Part shown: positions 29,893 to 38,241 of the stretch, in pieces
How positions within the stretch are numbered: position 1 is the stretch's first letter
How the letters are laid out: each line of letters begins with the position of its first letter
Virus record (IMG/VR): IMGVR_UViG_3300031885_002559
From: an uncultured virus (IMG/VR IMGVR_UViG_3300031885_002559)
Lineage: Duplodnaviria; Heunggongvirae; Uroviricota; Caudoviricetes
Strand: one strand, 5' to 3'
DNA length: 64,000 nt
The notes under the pieces: model-generated
Databases searched by the model: none
What the model saw: only the letters and a program-made list of their open reading frames with translations
What the model was told of the DNA's origin: nothing
Position numbers and translations under genes: made by a program

Positions 29893-30102
29893 ATGAGCGC
29901 GACCAACAGCTATCCGATTCTCCGTCACTGGAAAGTGCGGGTCACGCTCAGGACCGATCCTTCGGTCATTAGCCCCGAAAACGTGGTGCGCGCCTGTGCG
30001 CTAGCCGGTCGTAACGGCATAGGCGCGCACCATCCGAAGTTCGGTCAATTCGTCTGCCAAGATGTCAGAATAAACGGAAAGCCGATTAACCAGCACGAAT
30101 GA
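29893..30102 (+). CDS. Half-size paralogue of the C-terminal part of the RAMP-like protein
   Basis: YPILRHWKVRVTLRTDPSVISPENVVRACALAGRNGIGAHHPKFGQF aligns with YPMISGWKLRVKINTDPSVLNPKDVIRACVLAGRYVAIGGHRPQFGRY. Confidence 0.75.
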   Translation: MSATNSYPILRHWKVRVTLRTDPSVISPENVVRACALAGRNGIGAHHPKFGQFVCQDVRINGKPINQHE

Positions 30103-30620
30103 ACACTCTACCTGACCTGTCTACGCCGTGCGTCGAGCCGCCTACGGCGGAGGTCGCCCACCTCATCGTAACGAACTGCGCCTACGGTGACACAGTCCCT
30201 ATCACGTGGTTTGAGACCCAGTTTGGGGCCAAGGAGGGGAAGTGGCGCTTCACCGGCCCTATGATTCGAGTGCGGAGCTTACTCAAGCTACAAGGCCGGA
30301 AGCTGTCGCGCATTGGACGCGATGGTGTATACGTAGTGCTACACAAGGAAAGCCTAGTCCGCGTGGCCGCCCAACAAGCCAAAACGGCGGTGCGGACCCT
30401 TGGCGAAAACGCAAAAATGCTGAACGCCATAAGTCGTACCGGCATGGAGTCTGACGCTATCAGGCGCATGGATTACTGGCAGAACAAAACCGCGTTCATG
30501 CACCGGGTCGCGACCGAAGCGTTGACCATGCAGGAGATCCCCGAAGGCAGCAACATGCCAAAGCTGCTTGCGGATATGCTGCGGAATCCGAACAAGAAGA
30601 AGAAGCCGAAGGCTGAATGA
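30099..30620 (+). CDS. Accessory protein of the RAMP-array locus (possible winged-helix plus helical domain)
   Basis: Translationally coupled (ATGA); basic C-terminus; its stop codon sits inside a degenerate repeat. Confidence 0.6.
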   Translation: MNTLPDLSTPCVEPPTAEVAHLIVTNCAYGDTVPITWFETQFGAKEGKWRFTGPMIRVRSLLKLQGRKLSRIGRDGVYVVLHKESLVRVAAQQAKTAVRTLGENAKMLNAISRTGMESDAIRRMDYWQNKTAFMHRVATEALTMQEIPEGSNMPKLLADMLRNPNKKKKPKAE

Positions 30621-30681
30621 TTTCGACAATTTCCACCCGACACATTTCCCGTCTACTCCTTCCGTCACAAGACGCGACGTT

Positions 30682-31465
30682 ACAACCCACGGCCTCGCAA
30701 GAGGCCGAAGATTTCCCTCCCTGCCATCCCCCGCCAGCCCGAACCTGCACCCTCCCGCACAGTACACAACAACCCACGGCCTCGAAAGAGGCCGAAGATT
30801 TCTCTCCGTGCCAGCACGCCCCTCGCCACGCCACCCCTGCCCTCGTCCTTACAACCCACGGCCTTCAGCAATGGAGGCCGAAGATTTCAACCCCGCTCCT
30901 ACCAGCCCACCACAGCACCGGACAGTACCCCACAACCCACGGCCTCGAAAGAGGCCGAAGATTTCACGCCAGAACTCACCCGGTCAACACTCGACACCAC
31001 ACGCCAGCGCCCTACCGCGCACAACAACCCACGGCCTCGAAAGAGGCCGAAGATTTCTCTCCACGCCCCCACGGCCCAGAGCCCTACTGGACTCGCCAGT
31101 CCATGCCGTAACACAACAACCCACGGCCTCGAAAGAGGCCGAAGATTTCTCTCCACCCCAAGTCCGCACGTCCCCTGCCAAGCCACTACTGTCCACCACA
31201 GGACCAAACAACCCACGGCCTCGAAAGAGGCCGAAGATTTCCCTCCCCACCTCGTCAGCACCGCCCGGCCCTCGACTAGACCCCACCCTCCAACCCAGAA
31301 CAACCCACAGCCCGCCGGTCTTCTTGACGGCGGGCTGAAGTTCGTATACGTTGGATCGGACAAGGCGTCCCTTTTACGCCACGATTCCCGGCCATACTAT
31401 GCCCGGCAATACAAAGGCAGTGCAAAACAACCCACAGCCCCTCGCAAGAAGGGCTGAAGTTTTTC
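30682..31465. repeat. CRISPR-like array of nine hairpin repeats with 5-nt-periodic spacers
   Basis: Consensus ACAACCCACGGCCTCGAAAGAGGCCGAAGATTTC (34 nt) starting at 30682, 30769, 30851 (variant), 30932, 31024, 31116, 31208, 31300 (variant) and 31427 (variant). Spacers are 53, 48, 43, 58, 58, 58, 58 nt. Confidence 0.95.
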
Positions 31466-31472
31466 GGTATAC

Positions 31473-31505
31473 AAAAAGAGAGCCCCGGATTTCTCCGGGG
31501 CTCTC
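31473..31505 (-). terminator. Intrinsic terminator of the major capsid gene
   Basis: Minus strand GAGAGCCCCGGA-GAAA-TCCGGGGCTCTC-TTTTT. Confidence 0.85.
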
Positions 31506-31526
31506 GTGTCAAACTGGTCGCTCAGC

Positions 31527-32996
31527 TTAGCCAATGGTCTGGCCAAACGCTGTCGGCGAGTTCTGGATCAACCCTCGGCAATACATCTTCGAGTTGATCA
31601 TCTTCCGGGCGAACGAGGTCGCGAACCCGCGTTGATGGATGAAGTCCGGCAGAACGATGTCGGGCGTCGTATACAGTTTTTGGTACTCCGCCAGCACGTA
31701 CCCGGTCGTCAAGAATTGGTCGCCCTTGTGGCCGACCAGAAACTCGTTGTTCGGATAGTGGGGATCAGCAAAAACTTTTTTGTTCCCCAGATCACCGATG
31801 TAGGTGATGCCCTGCATCTGCACGCGGTTGTTCTTGGGAACGAACTGCGGCAGTGTCGCCACGACCGTCGCCGCCTGAAGGCCGAGCAGCAACCAGTTTC
31901 CGGCCACCATGTTCGTGGCACCGAAAATGAAATTGCTGGCCGTCTCGAAGGCGTCGATGATCGAGAACTTGTGGGTCTGGTAGTTGACGCTCGCCGGGGC
32001 GATGGCGTCCCACACCACGAAACCGGCGTCCGCTTTGGCGCGCAGGTCGAAGATCACCTGACGGTGCTTCTGATACTGCAATGCGTTCGTCAGGGCATTG
32101 AGCAGGACGCTCTCCGCCTTGATGTTGTACATCGCTTGCAGGTTCTGATCGGCTTCCTCGGACCAGAGCGTCTTCAGCTTCATCACCTTGGCGGTGACAG
32201 GAGTGCTGGAGAGCTTCATCTCGTAATCTTGGATCGCGAGATTGCCTTCCGAGTTGAACGCGTACGTCAGCGAGTACGCCGCCGTGTTGTGCGCGCCGTC
32301 CGTGAAGGTCAGCGTGCCCGCGCCCGTGCCCTGATAGACAATGGTGCCGACGCTGCCGTTGGTCGCCACGTCAATGATGTTGCCGTTGCCGTCGTCGCCG
32401 ACGGTTAGCCCACCTGCGGTGCCACTGATCGTACCGGCGCGGATCGGAGTCCATTCGAGGACAAGCACGCCACCACCGCTCGTGGTGCCACTCTCGTCCT
32501 GAACGACCTCATCAGCGTCGTCGTCGCGGTCCACTGCGCCCTGAAGCGCACGCCACATGGGAGCGCCAGCCGGGGTGCGGCCCTTGCGCCGACCGGTCAC
32601 GATGTCCATGTAGACGATCTGGCTCACTGGGCCAGCCATCGGCTGCACGGCCACCAACTGGTCGATCACGTCGTTCTCCGACATGTTCGCGATCACGGGG
32701 AAAATCCACTTGTCGAACGTTCCCAGTGATGTGGTGCGGGTGACTTCGTCGAGGCGGCCAAACCGGGAACGGCAGTTCTCCAGCATGATCGCAGCGACGG
32801 GCCGCTTGTGTTCGGGCATGTGCTGCACGAACTCTTTCCAGCCACGGGCTTCCCAAAGCCCACGCGTACTCTTCTCGGGGATTCCGACCGGGGTTTCAGC
32901 GAGACGGTGTCCCCATTCGAGGATTTCCGTGAAGCGGTTGATCTGACCGCCCTCACTCGCCAACATCGGTCTTCCTGACTCGTGTAGGATTACCAT
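31527..32996 (-). CDS. gp23: Major capsid protein, T4 gp23-like
   Basis: VAVQPMAGPVSQIVY, VTAKVMKLKTLWSEEADQNL, GDLGNKKVFADP, GYVLAEY motifs. Confidence 0.93.
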   Translation of the reverse strand: MVILHESGRPMLASEGGQINRFTEILEWGHRLAETPVGIPEKSTRGLWEARGWKEFVQHMPEHKRPVAAIMLENCRSRFGRLDEVTRTTSLGTFDKWIFPVIANMSENDVIDQLVAVQPMAGPVSQIVYMDIVTGRRKGRTPAGAPMWRALQGAVDRDDDADEVVQDESGTTSGGGVLVLEWTPIRAGTISGTAGGLTVGDDGNGNIIDVATNGSVGTIVYQGTGAGTLTFTDGAHNTAAYSLTYAFNSEGNLAIQDYEMKLSSTPVTAKVMKLKTLWSEEADQNLQAMYNIKAESVLLNALTNALQYQKHRQVIFDLRAKADAGFVVWDAIAPASVNYQTHKFSIIDAFETASNFIFGATNMVAGNWLLLGLQAATVVATLPQFVPKNNRVQMQGITYIGDLGNKKVFADPHYPNNEFLVGHKGDQFLTTGYVLAEYQKLYTTPDIVLPDFIHQRGFATSFARKMINSKMYCRGLIQNSPTAFGQTIG

Positions 32997-33030
32997 AGGT
33001 TTCTGTTATTGATGTTGATGTTGTTGTTGG

Positions 33031-34752
33031 TTACTTGGCGGCAGCACCGCTCATACGGCGTACCATCTCCACGCTCTCGTTCAGACCGGGGGCCGTGAAC
33101 GACGACGAGTAGATAACCTTCGTTTCAGTCACAGGCTTTGCGGCTGAATCCTTTTTGTCCTCGGTCACCGGGGCGGCCTTCTTGTCCTCTTTGGACTCGT
33201 TGGTCACTTTGCCGGGTTCCTTGGCGACCTTCCCCTCTTCGGGACTCGGGGCACCCTTCTGCTTCTCGTCCTTGATGGCTTCCTTGGACGGGGCTTCGCC
33301 TTCCTTCGGCGTCGCAGCGGGGCCTTTGTCTCCCTCAACCACAGGCTTCTTGCCTTCCAGCTCCTCGCGGATGGCGGCAACGTGGCGGAGGCGGGTGGCT
33401 TCCTTGAGCTTCTTGGTCAGAGCTTCGTTGGTGGCCAGCTTGTCTTTGAACTCAAGCTGGAGCAGGCGGCGACCCAGTTCCGTGGTGTCCTCGTGATACC
33501 GGGCGGCCATGAGGTCGAGGGCTTCGGTCGAGGTGTCAAACTGCTTCTCAATGAGTTGCAGCTTGCCCTTGCGATCTTCGGCGATCTGACGCCAGCCCTG
33601 ACCGCGCTTGGTCAGTTCTTCCACCATCTTCTGGGCCTTGGTCCCGGCCTGAAGGCTTTCACCGAGCTTCTTCTTGTACGTGATGGCAGTCTGGGCGACC
33701 GCGTTCACCACGCGCATGAGCTTGGTGTTGTTTTCCGTCAGCTTTCTGGCCTGACGCGTAGGAGCCGCCGCAGCTTCGTTGAAAGACGATGCCATTTGAT
33801 CGAGTTCGCGATGGGTCTTCTGAGCATCCCAAGCGCGTGTCGCATCACCGGCTGCCCACTTGGCAGTCTCCTGATGCAGCTCCTCGATCAAAGTCACGCT
33901 CTCAGCGAACCGCTGCGGGTCGAGCTTGGAAGGCTCCACCGCTCGAAGTGCCGTTACACGGCCTTTGATCTCGTTGAGTTCCATACTTTTGATCCTGTTG
34001 GTTTTCGTGGGGCTGGCGGCAGCGGCGGCTGGGCCAGTTGAAGGAGACTCCTTCAAATCGGTCTTGGCTTCCGTCAGAGCGACCTCCTTGGCTGGCTCTT
34101 TGGACTCCGCAGTAGGGTTGGGGGCAACCGGCGCAGCCATGCGTGCATTGGGCGCGCTGGCGGCAGGCTCACGGACGGGCTTCAGCTCGGCCTGCTCAAA
34201 GCTGGGCTTGATAACCACGTCCCACGACTCGCACACGTAGTCATCCTGTACGTCGTCAATGCCGTCGGCGGATTTGGAAAGTGAACCGTAGCCCCGGCTG
34301 GACACGAGCGGGTTGTACCCGGCTTCGATCAGGGCCTTGAGCTTGTCGCCCTCCGGGGTCTCGACGAGGGAAATCTCGCCCACGACCTCCCAGATAGACT
34401 TACCGACCTCATCCTTGCTTTCGATGAGCTTAGCCTCGGTGACGACGTGGGAGATGGGAGAGAGAAGGGTGACAATTCCGTCTTTGGGGTGTTCCAGCAG
34501 GCCGAAAGCCGCATTGCGCTCTATGGCCTCCATCAGCGGGGAGCCGTTGGTGAGATTCTTCTCCCAAACGTGCTTGGAGTAGCGCCTCCCGTTCCCGTTT
34601 ACGCAGTCACAGATGCTTAGGCGGCCCGGAATGCGAGTAACCTTGAGCCCGCTTGGACGGCTCTCAGAGACTAGAGGCTTCGTCCGGTCTACAAAGAAAG
34701 GAAACGCGCCGGTTACGCCTTCGGCAAGGTATTGTCGCATAGCAATGGACAC
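33031..34752 (-). CDS. gp21: Prohead core protease (gp21-like) fused to a coiled-coil scaffold-like region
   Basis: NGNGRRY, GLLEHP, VSSRGYGS, WDVVIKPS protease motifs, then about 380 aa of helical, charged tail. Confidence 0.88.
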   Translation of the reverse strand: MSIAMRQYLAEGVTGAFPFFVDRTKPLVSESRPSGLKVTRIPGRLSICDCVNGNGRRYSKHVWEKNLTNGSPLMEAIERNAAFGLLEHPKDGIVTLLSPISHVVTEAKLIESKDEVGKSIWEVVGEISLVETPEGDKLKALIEAGYNPLVSSRGYGSLSKSADGIDDVQDDYVCESWDVVIKPSFEQAELKPVREPAASAPNARMAAPVAPNPTAESKEPAKEVALTEAKTDLKESPSTGPAAAAASPTKTNRIKSMELNEIKGRVTALRAVEPSKLDPQRFAESVTLIEELHQETAKWAAGDATRAWDAQKTHRELDQMASSFNEAAAAPTRQARKLTENNTKLMRVVNAVAQTAITYKKKLGESLQAGTKAQKMVEELTKRGQGWRQIAEDRKGKLQLIEKQFDTSTEALDLMAARYHEDTTELGRRLLQLEFKDKLATNEALTKKLKEATRLRHVAAIREELEGKKPVVEGDKGPAATPKEGEAPSKEAIKDEKQKGAPSPEEGKVAKEPGKVTNESKEDKKAAPVTEDKKDSAAKPVTETKVIYSSSFTAPGLNESVEMVRRMSGAAAK

Positions 34753-34853
34753 AATCGCTATTCATAACCACGAAGAGTTTCACCTTGGAGCCGTGTCCGT
34801 ATGCGTCTACGCATCTAAGACGCTTGAAGATCAACCGACCAAGCAGCCGTCAC

Positions 34854-35147
34854 TTACAGCTCTGGAGCGTGTGGGAGCTTGGGGATGGAAAGCTCCTTGA
34901 AGTTGTTGATATTGACCTCGGAGCGGTAGAAGTTCCAGCAGTGGTCCATAGCCTTGTCTACGGTGTCCATGTTCGCCCCGCGATCCTTGAACCACTTCTT
35001 ACAGTCTTCAACCTCAAGCTCTTCGCTCTGGCCGTTATCCAGCGTTATCACGAAGAAGTCGCTCCACGCCTCGCGTGTTATGAGCACGTGGACGGCAGGC
35101 TTTCGCGGAACAGGCGCGCTAGGCTTGGCTGAAACTTCGGTCGGCAT
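34854..35147 (-). CDS. Hypothetical protein
   Basis: ORF preceded by the CGTTCT motif. Confidence 0.55.
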   Translation of the reverse strand: MPTEVSAKPSAPVPRKPAVHVLITREAWSDFFVITLDNGQSEELEVEDCKKWFKDRGANMDTVDKAMDHCWNFYRSEVNINNFKELSIPKLPHAPEL

Positions 35148-35348
35148 GGCTCAGAACGTATACGAGAATATCCTGCAAAACTGGTGAGCTACTGTCTTGA
35201 GACTGAGCGCCTAAGAGGCCAAACTTGTCTACAGCCTCCTGCGTTAACGCCTCGGACCACTCCAATCTCCCGTCTACGGCAATTATCCCCTGTGTTACTT
35301 TGAGGTCAAATTGCTCGACCGCCCATGCCTTGGCGCGCTCGACGGCAC

Positions 35349-36089
35349 TCATCGCACAAAGCGCCGGAAGTTCTCCATGATCTTCCTGCCATCACCCGGC
35401 ACGTGCTCCGGCATATCCTGCCCTTCCTTGAGAAGCACCTGCCCCATGCCCGCCGAGGATTCCGTAACGTTCATGGCCGCCGGAGACTGAATACCAAGCT
35501 GCGAGTACGCAGACTCGGCAGTCACGACCTGATCGGGCTCCTGCTGGCGCGACGGTGCACCACGCTGGCGGCCCAGCAGAATGTCCATCGTGTCTACGGA
35601 AGAGTGCGGCTGCGTCTCTGCCGCTGGCTCTGCCTCGGCATCCTTGGCTCGGAAAGTCTGGCGGGAGGCTCCGGGCACCGCTGACGGGTCAATGGGCTTA
35701 TCAGCCTCTGGAGTCACATCCGGGGCGACCAAGGCCGCCGTGGGCGTCATCATCTTCTCTTTGTCAGCGTACGGGTCATTCGGCTCCATCACCACGTCCC
35801 TAACGGGCCTCATGCCCTTCTTGATGGGCTCTCCAACCGTGTCGATCTCCGGGGCATCCGGCGGGATGATGGGCTTCGTCTCCTTGGGCTGGTCAACTGC
35901 TTCTCCAACGACACGCCGCACGTCGCCGCCGTCATCCAAGCCTTCAGGATCGCGGCGCTGCCGCATCTGAGCCAACCGGTCGCGGTACGTCTTGCGCGGC
36001 AGGTTTGCGAGAACAGGAGCTACATCACCGGTCGCCTCGACAAGTGGTGCCGGGCCGGTGCCCATGACTCTGGCTAGAAGCGGGTTCAT
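35349..36089 (-). CDS. Acidic Pro-rich protein, possible internal head protein
   Basis: MNPLLARVMG...LVE N-terminus; upstream of the head genes. Confidence 0.55.
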   Translation of the reverse strand: MNPLLARVMGTGPAPLVEATGDVAPVLANLPRKTYRDRLAQMRQRRDPEGLDDGGDVRRVVGEAVDQPKETKPIIPPDAPEIDTVGEPIKKGMRPVRDVVMEPNDPYADKEKMMTPTAALVAPDVTPEADKPIDPSAVPGASRQTFRAKDAEAEPAAETQPHSSVDTMDILLGRQRGAPSRQQEPDQVVTAESAYSQLGIQSPAAMNVTESSAGMGQVLLKEGQDMPEHVPGDGRKIMENFRRFVR

Positions 36090-36616
36090 TCCTTCTCCGT
36101 TTTCGGCTGAGCCTCGGGCTCGGGTTCGGGTTCGGGCTCCTGAGCTTCACCACCAGTGACGCGCCCAACCATCGGGCTCGGCCCACCACTGGGCTCCTGC
36201 CCAGTCTGCGCGTCCTCTTCTTGCGCCATGATCTCGTCCACGTTCATGGCGAGTTCCATCGCGCTGTCCTGACCAATCATGAAGATGAGCGCGACCAAAT
36301 CAGTATACGGTATGCCGGAAGCCACCTGAAAGGCCACGTCCTGCTTGCTGCCGCTCTGCCACGCACCCGCGAGGGCCTCTACGCCGCTGTCGGCCTCCTG
36401 CGGAAGCTCGGTCATGTCAGTCATCTCGTCGCGCTCACCGGACGGCGTGGGCGTGCGGTCGGGCTGAGAGGGCGTCTCAGGCTTCTGGTCAGCGCGGGTA
36501 GCCACGCCTATGTCCTCGCCGAGAACACGCGCCATAACGCTGCTGCGGCGCGGGGCGGGGTGCTGCGGTGTACTCTGGCCCTCACCCACGATCCGGCGGA
36601 TCAACTTTGAGTTCAT
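36086..36616 (-). CDS. Acidic protein, possible internal head protein
   Basis: IRRIVGE and MARVLGE motifs; TAGTTA upstream. Confidence 0.55.
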   Translation of the reverse strand: MNSKLIRRIVGEGQSTPQHPAPRRSSVMARVLGEDIGVATRADQKPETPSQPDRTPTPSGERDEMTDMTELPQEADSGVEALAGAWQSGSKQDVAFQVASGIPYTDLVALIFMIGQDSAMELAMNVDEIMAQEEDAQTGQEPSGGPSPMVGRVTGGEAQEPEPEPEPEAQPKTEKE

Positions 36617-36626
36617 CTTGGCCTAA

Positions 36627-37547
36627 CTACGGGGCCAGCGCAGTCACAAGCTTGTACCCACACTCAAGAAGGTTCTCGACCGGGATGCCACCCCCACTGT
36701 AGCCCCCAGCCATCTTCGGCTGTACGAGCCGGAACGGGCGATAATGGTGCCGGTTCGAGTAGGTTTTGACAGCCTCAGCCATGACGACAGACGCGTGCTT
36801 GTCAGCCTGAAGGCGTTCCGCACCTGTGACGGAAGTCTGGCAATCCTGATGCCTAAGCAGCGGGTGCTCCAGATCGAGGCAGTTCATGTCGTGGCCGTCC
36901 AGACGTATACCCCCAGCGAATCGGCAGCGGATCGTGTAGTCGCAGTGCTCCTCGCCGAACTGGCCGAAGCTGGCGTCGAAGTACCCAACCTCCTCGACCA
37001 GCTTTCGGGTAATCGACATCATGATGCCCGTGAACCGGGGCAGGAACTTGACGCCGTAGCCGCGTACACGGTACGTCGTCCAGCGGTAAGACTCGTGGTG
37101 CGTGAAGTCGCAGAAGCACCAGAGCCCGACGTTCAGGTCGGTGTGGCCTTGGCCGTAGAACTTCACGAAATCGCCTGCGACCAAGAGATCGTCGTTGCAG
37201 AGGCACAGGTGGTCGGCGTCCGTCTCGTCCATGAACCACTTGAGCGCCCGGTTCGAGTTACAGGCTACGCCGAGATTGCGCTCGCCCATGAAAACCTGCA
37301 CGCCTTGCGCTGTTACAGGCAGGGGCACTGGGCCTTCTTGCGGCTGCTCCTTGTACTCGTAAGCCAGAAGGTCAAGACGGTGGTGCGGCACCCGGTTGAG
37401 CTGGAGAAAGTCAGCAGTGTCATCGCGCTGCCCGCAGTCTTCAAAGATGGCCGTGCGATAAAAAGGGCAGTGAGCAGCCAAACCATCCAGCATGGTCTGA
37501 AGCGTGTGGCGGCGGCGGTAGGTGAGGACAGCGATGGCAGATTTCAT
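36627..37547 (-). CDS. GT2-family glycosyltransferase
   Basis: AVLTYRR, FEDC, NLGVACNSN, LCNDD, VGYFDASFGQFGEEHCDY. Confidence 0.85.
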   Translation of the reverse strand: MKSAIAVLTYRRRHTLQTMLDGLAAHCPFYRTAIFEDCGQRDDTADFLQLNRVPHHRLDLLAYEYKEQPQEGPVPLPVTAQGVQVFMGERNLGVACNSNRALKWFMDETDADHLCLCNDDLLVAGDFVKFYGQGHTDLNVGLWCFCDFTHHESYRWTTYRVRGYGVKFLPRFTGIMMSITRKLVEEVGYFDASFGQFGEEHCDYTIRCRFAGGIRLDGHDMNCLDLEHPLLRHQDCQTSVTGAERLQADKHASVVMAEAVKTYSNRHHYRPFRLVQPKMAGGYSGGGIPVENLLECGYKLVTALAP

Positions 37548-37579
37548 CAGGAGAATAGAACCTGATACCGCCGTATACG

Positions 37580-37888
37580 CTATACCTCAGTCTCAGGCTG
37601 GTTCAAGAATTGGTCAAGGTCGTGGCCTACGTGAAAGCGCACGGAGCGCCGAGCGGGGATCACGACAGTTCCGGCTTCCGGCCTCTGTGGGTTGCGCCCG
37701 ACCTTCGCCTTGCGCGTCACAGGCTGAAAAACACCGAAGCCACGAAACTCCACGCGCCGGTTGTCCGTGAGAGCCGAGCCGATGACCAAAAGCGTTTCCA
37801 GCAGGATGGCCTTCGCCTTCTCAACGGGCAGGCCGAACTTCTTGGCGATGCCTTGCGCGAGTTCAGTGCGGGTAAGCGTGCTCATCAC
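37580..37888 (-). CDS. HU/IHF-family DNA-binding protein
   Basis: LTRTEL, VEFRGFGVF, RKAKVGRNP, VIPARRSVRF. Confidence 0.93.
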   Translation of the reverse strand: MMSTLTRTELAQGIAKKFGLPVEKAKAILLETLLVIGSALTDNRRVEFRGFGVFQPVTRKAKVGRNPQRPEAGTVVIPARRSVRFHVGHDLDQFLNQPETEV

Positions 37889-38241
37889 TTAGGCGGCGTA
37901 CGGCCTTGGAAGTACCCGAGCGCGATCCGGGCCGCCGCCTCGGGCATGAGGTTGATGTCGGCTTGAATATCGAGCAGGAACACCATGATGCGGTAGGCCA
38001 GCACTACCAGCCACACCAGCAGAAACAGGGCGCTGAGCAGCAAAGCCCCCAGCACCCACACCAAGCTGGGCTCCGGGCGAAACAGCCAGTAAAAGGCCGT
38101 AGCCACCCACGTAAACACGATGAGCGCCCCCATGACAAAGTCGTGCGGCGCGAAAAGCCCAAGCTTCATCTGCGCCTGAAATCGCGTCATGGGCTTCTCC
38201 GGCGCAGTCTGGGCCGATCCGGGCTGAGGTTGTTCAGGCAT
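37885..38241 (-). CDS. Two-TM membrane protein (holin-like?)
   Basis: Two hydrophobic helices. Confidence 0.5.
   Translation of the reverse strand: MPEQPQPGSAQTAPEKPMTRFQAQMKLGLFAPHDFVMGALIVFTWVATAFYWLFRPEPSLVWVLGALLLSALFLLVWLVVLAYRIMVFLLDIQADINLMPEAAARIALGYFQGRTPPK

Noticed and set aside
30625..30681. Self-targeting of a promoter in this window by the first spacer-like segment (concatenated variable bases contain a TTGACA-like word on the reverse strand)
   Set aside because: Manual comparison with the TTGACA promoter at 25648 failed beyond the -35 box. It may be chance and needs a systematic gapped search.
30568..31363. ORFs on both strands across the repeat array (e.g. 30568-31338, 30617-31111)
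   Set aside because: Units of 81-92 nt shift reading frame, the translations are low-complexity, and the 5-nt period with hairpin covariation points to RNA rather than protein.
30682..31465. Canonical CRISPR-Cas array
   Set aside because: No cas1/cas2/cas3/cas9-type genes in the window, and the spacers are constrained in both sequence and length, unlike acquired foreign DNA. Kept only as CRISPR-like.
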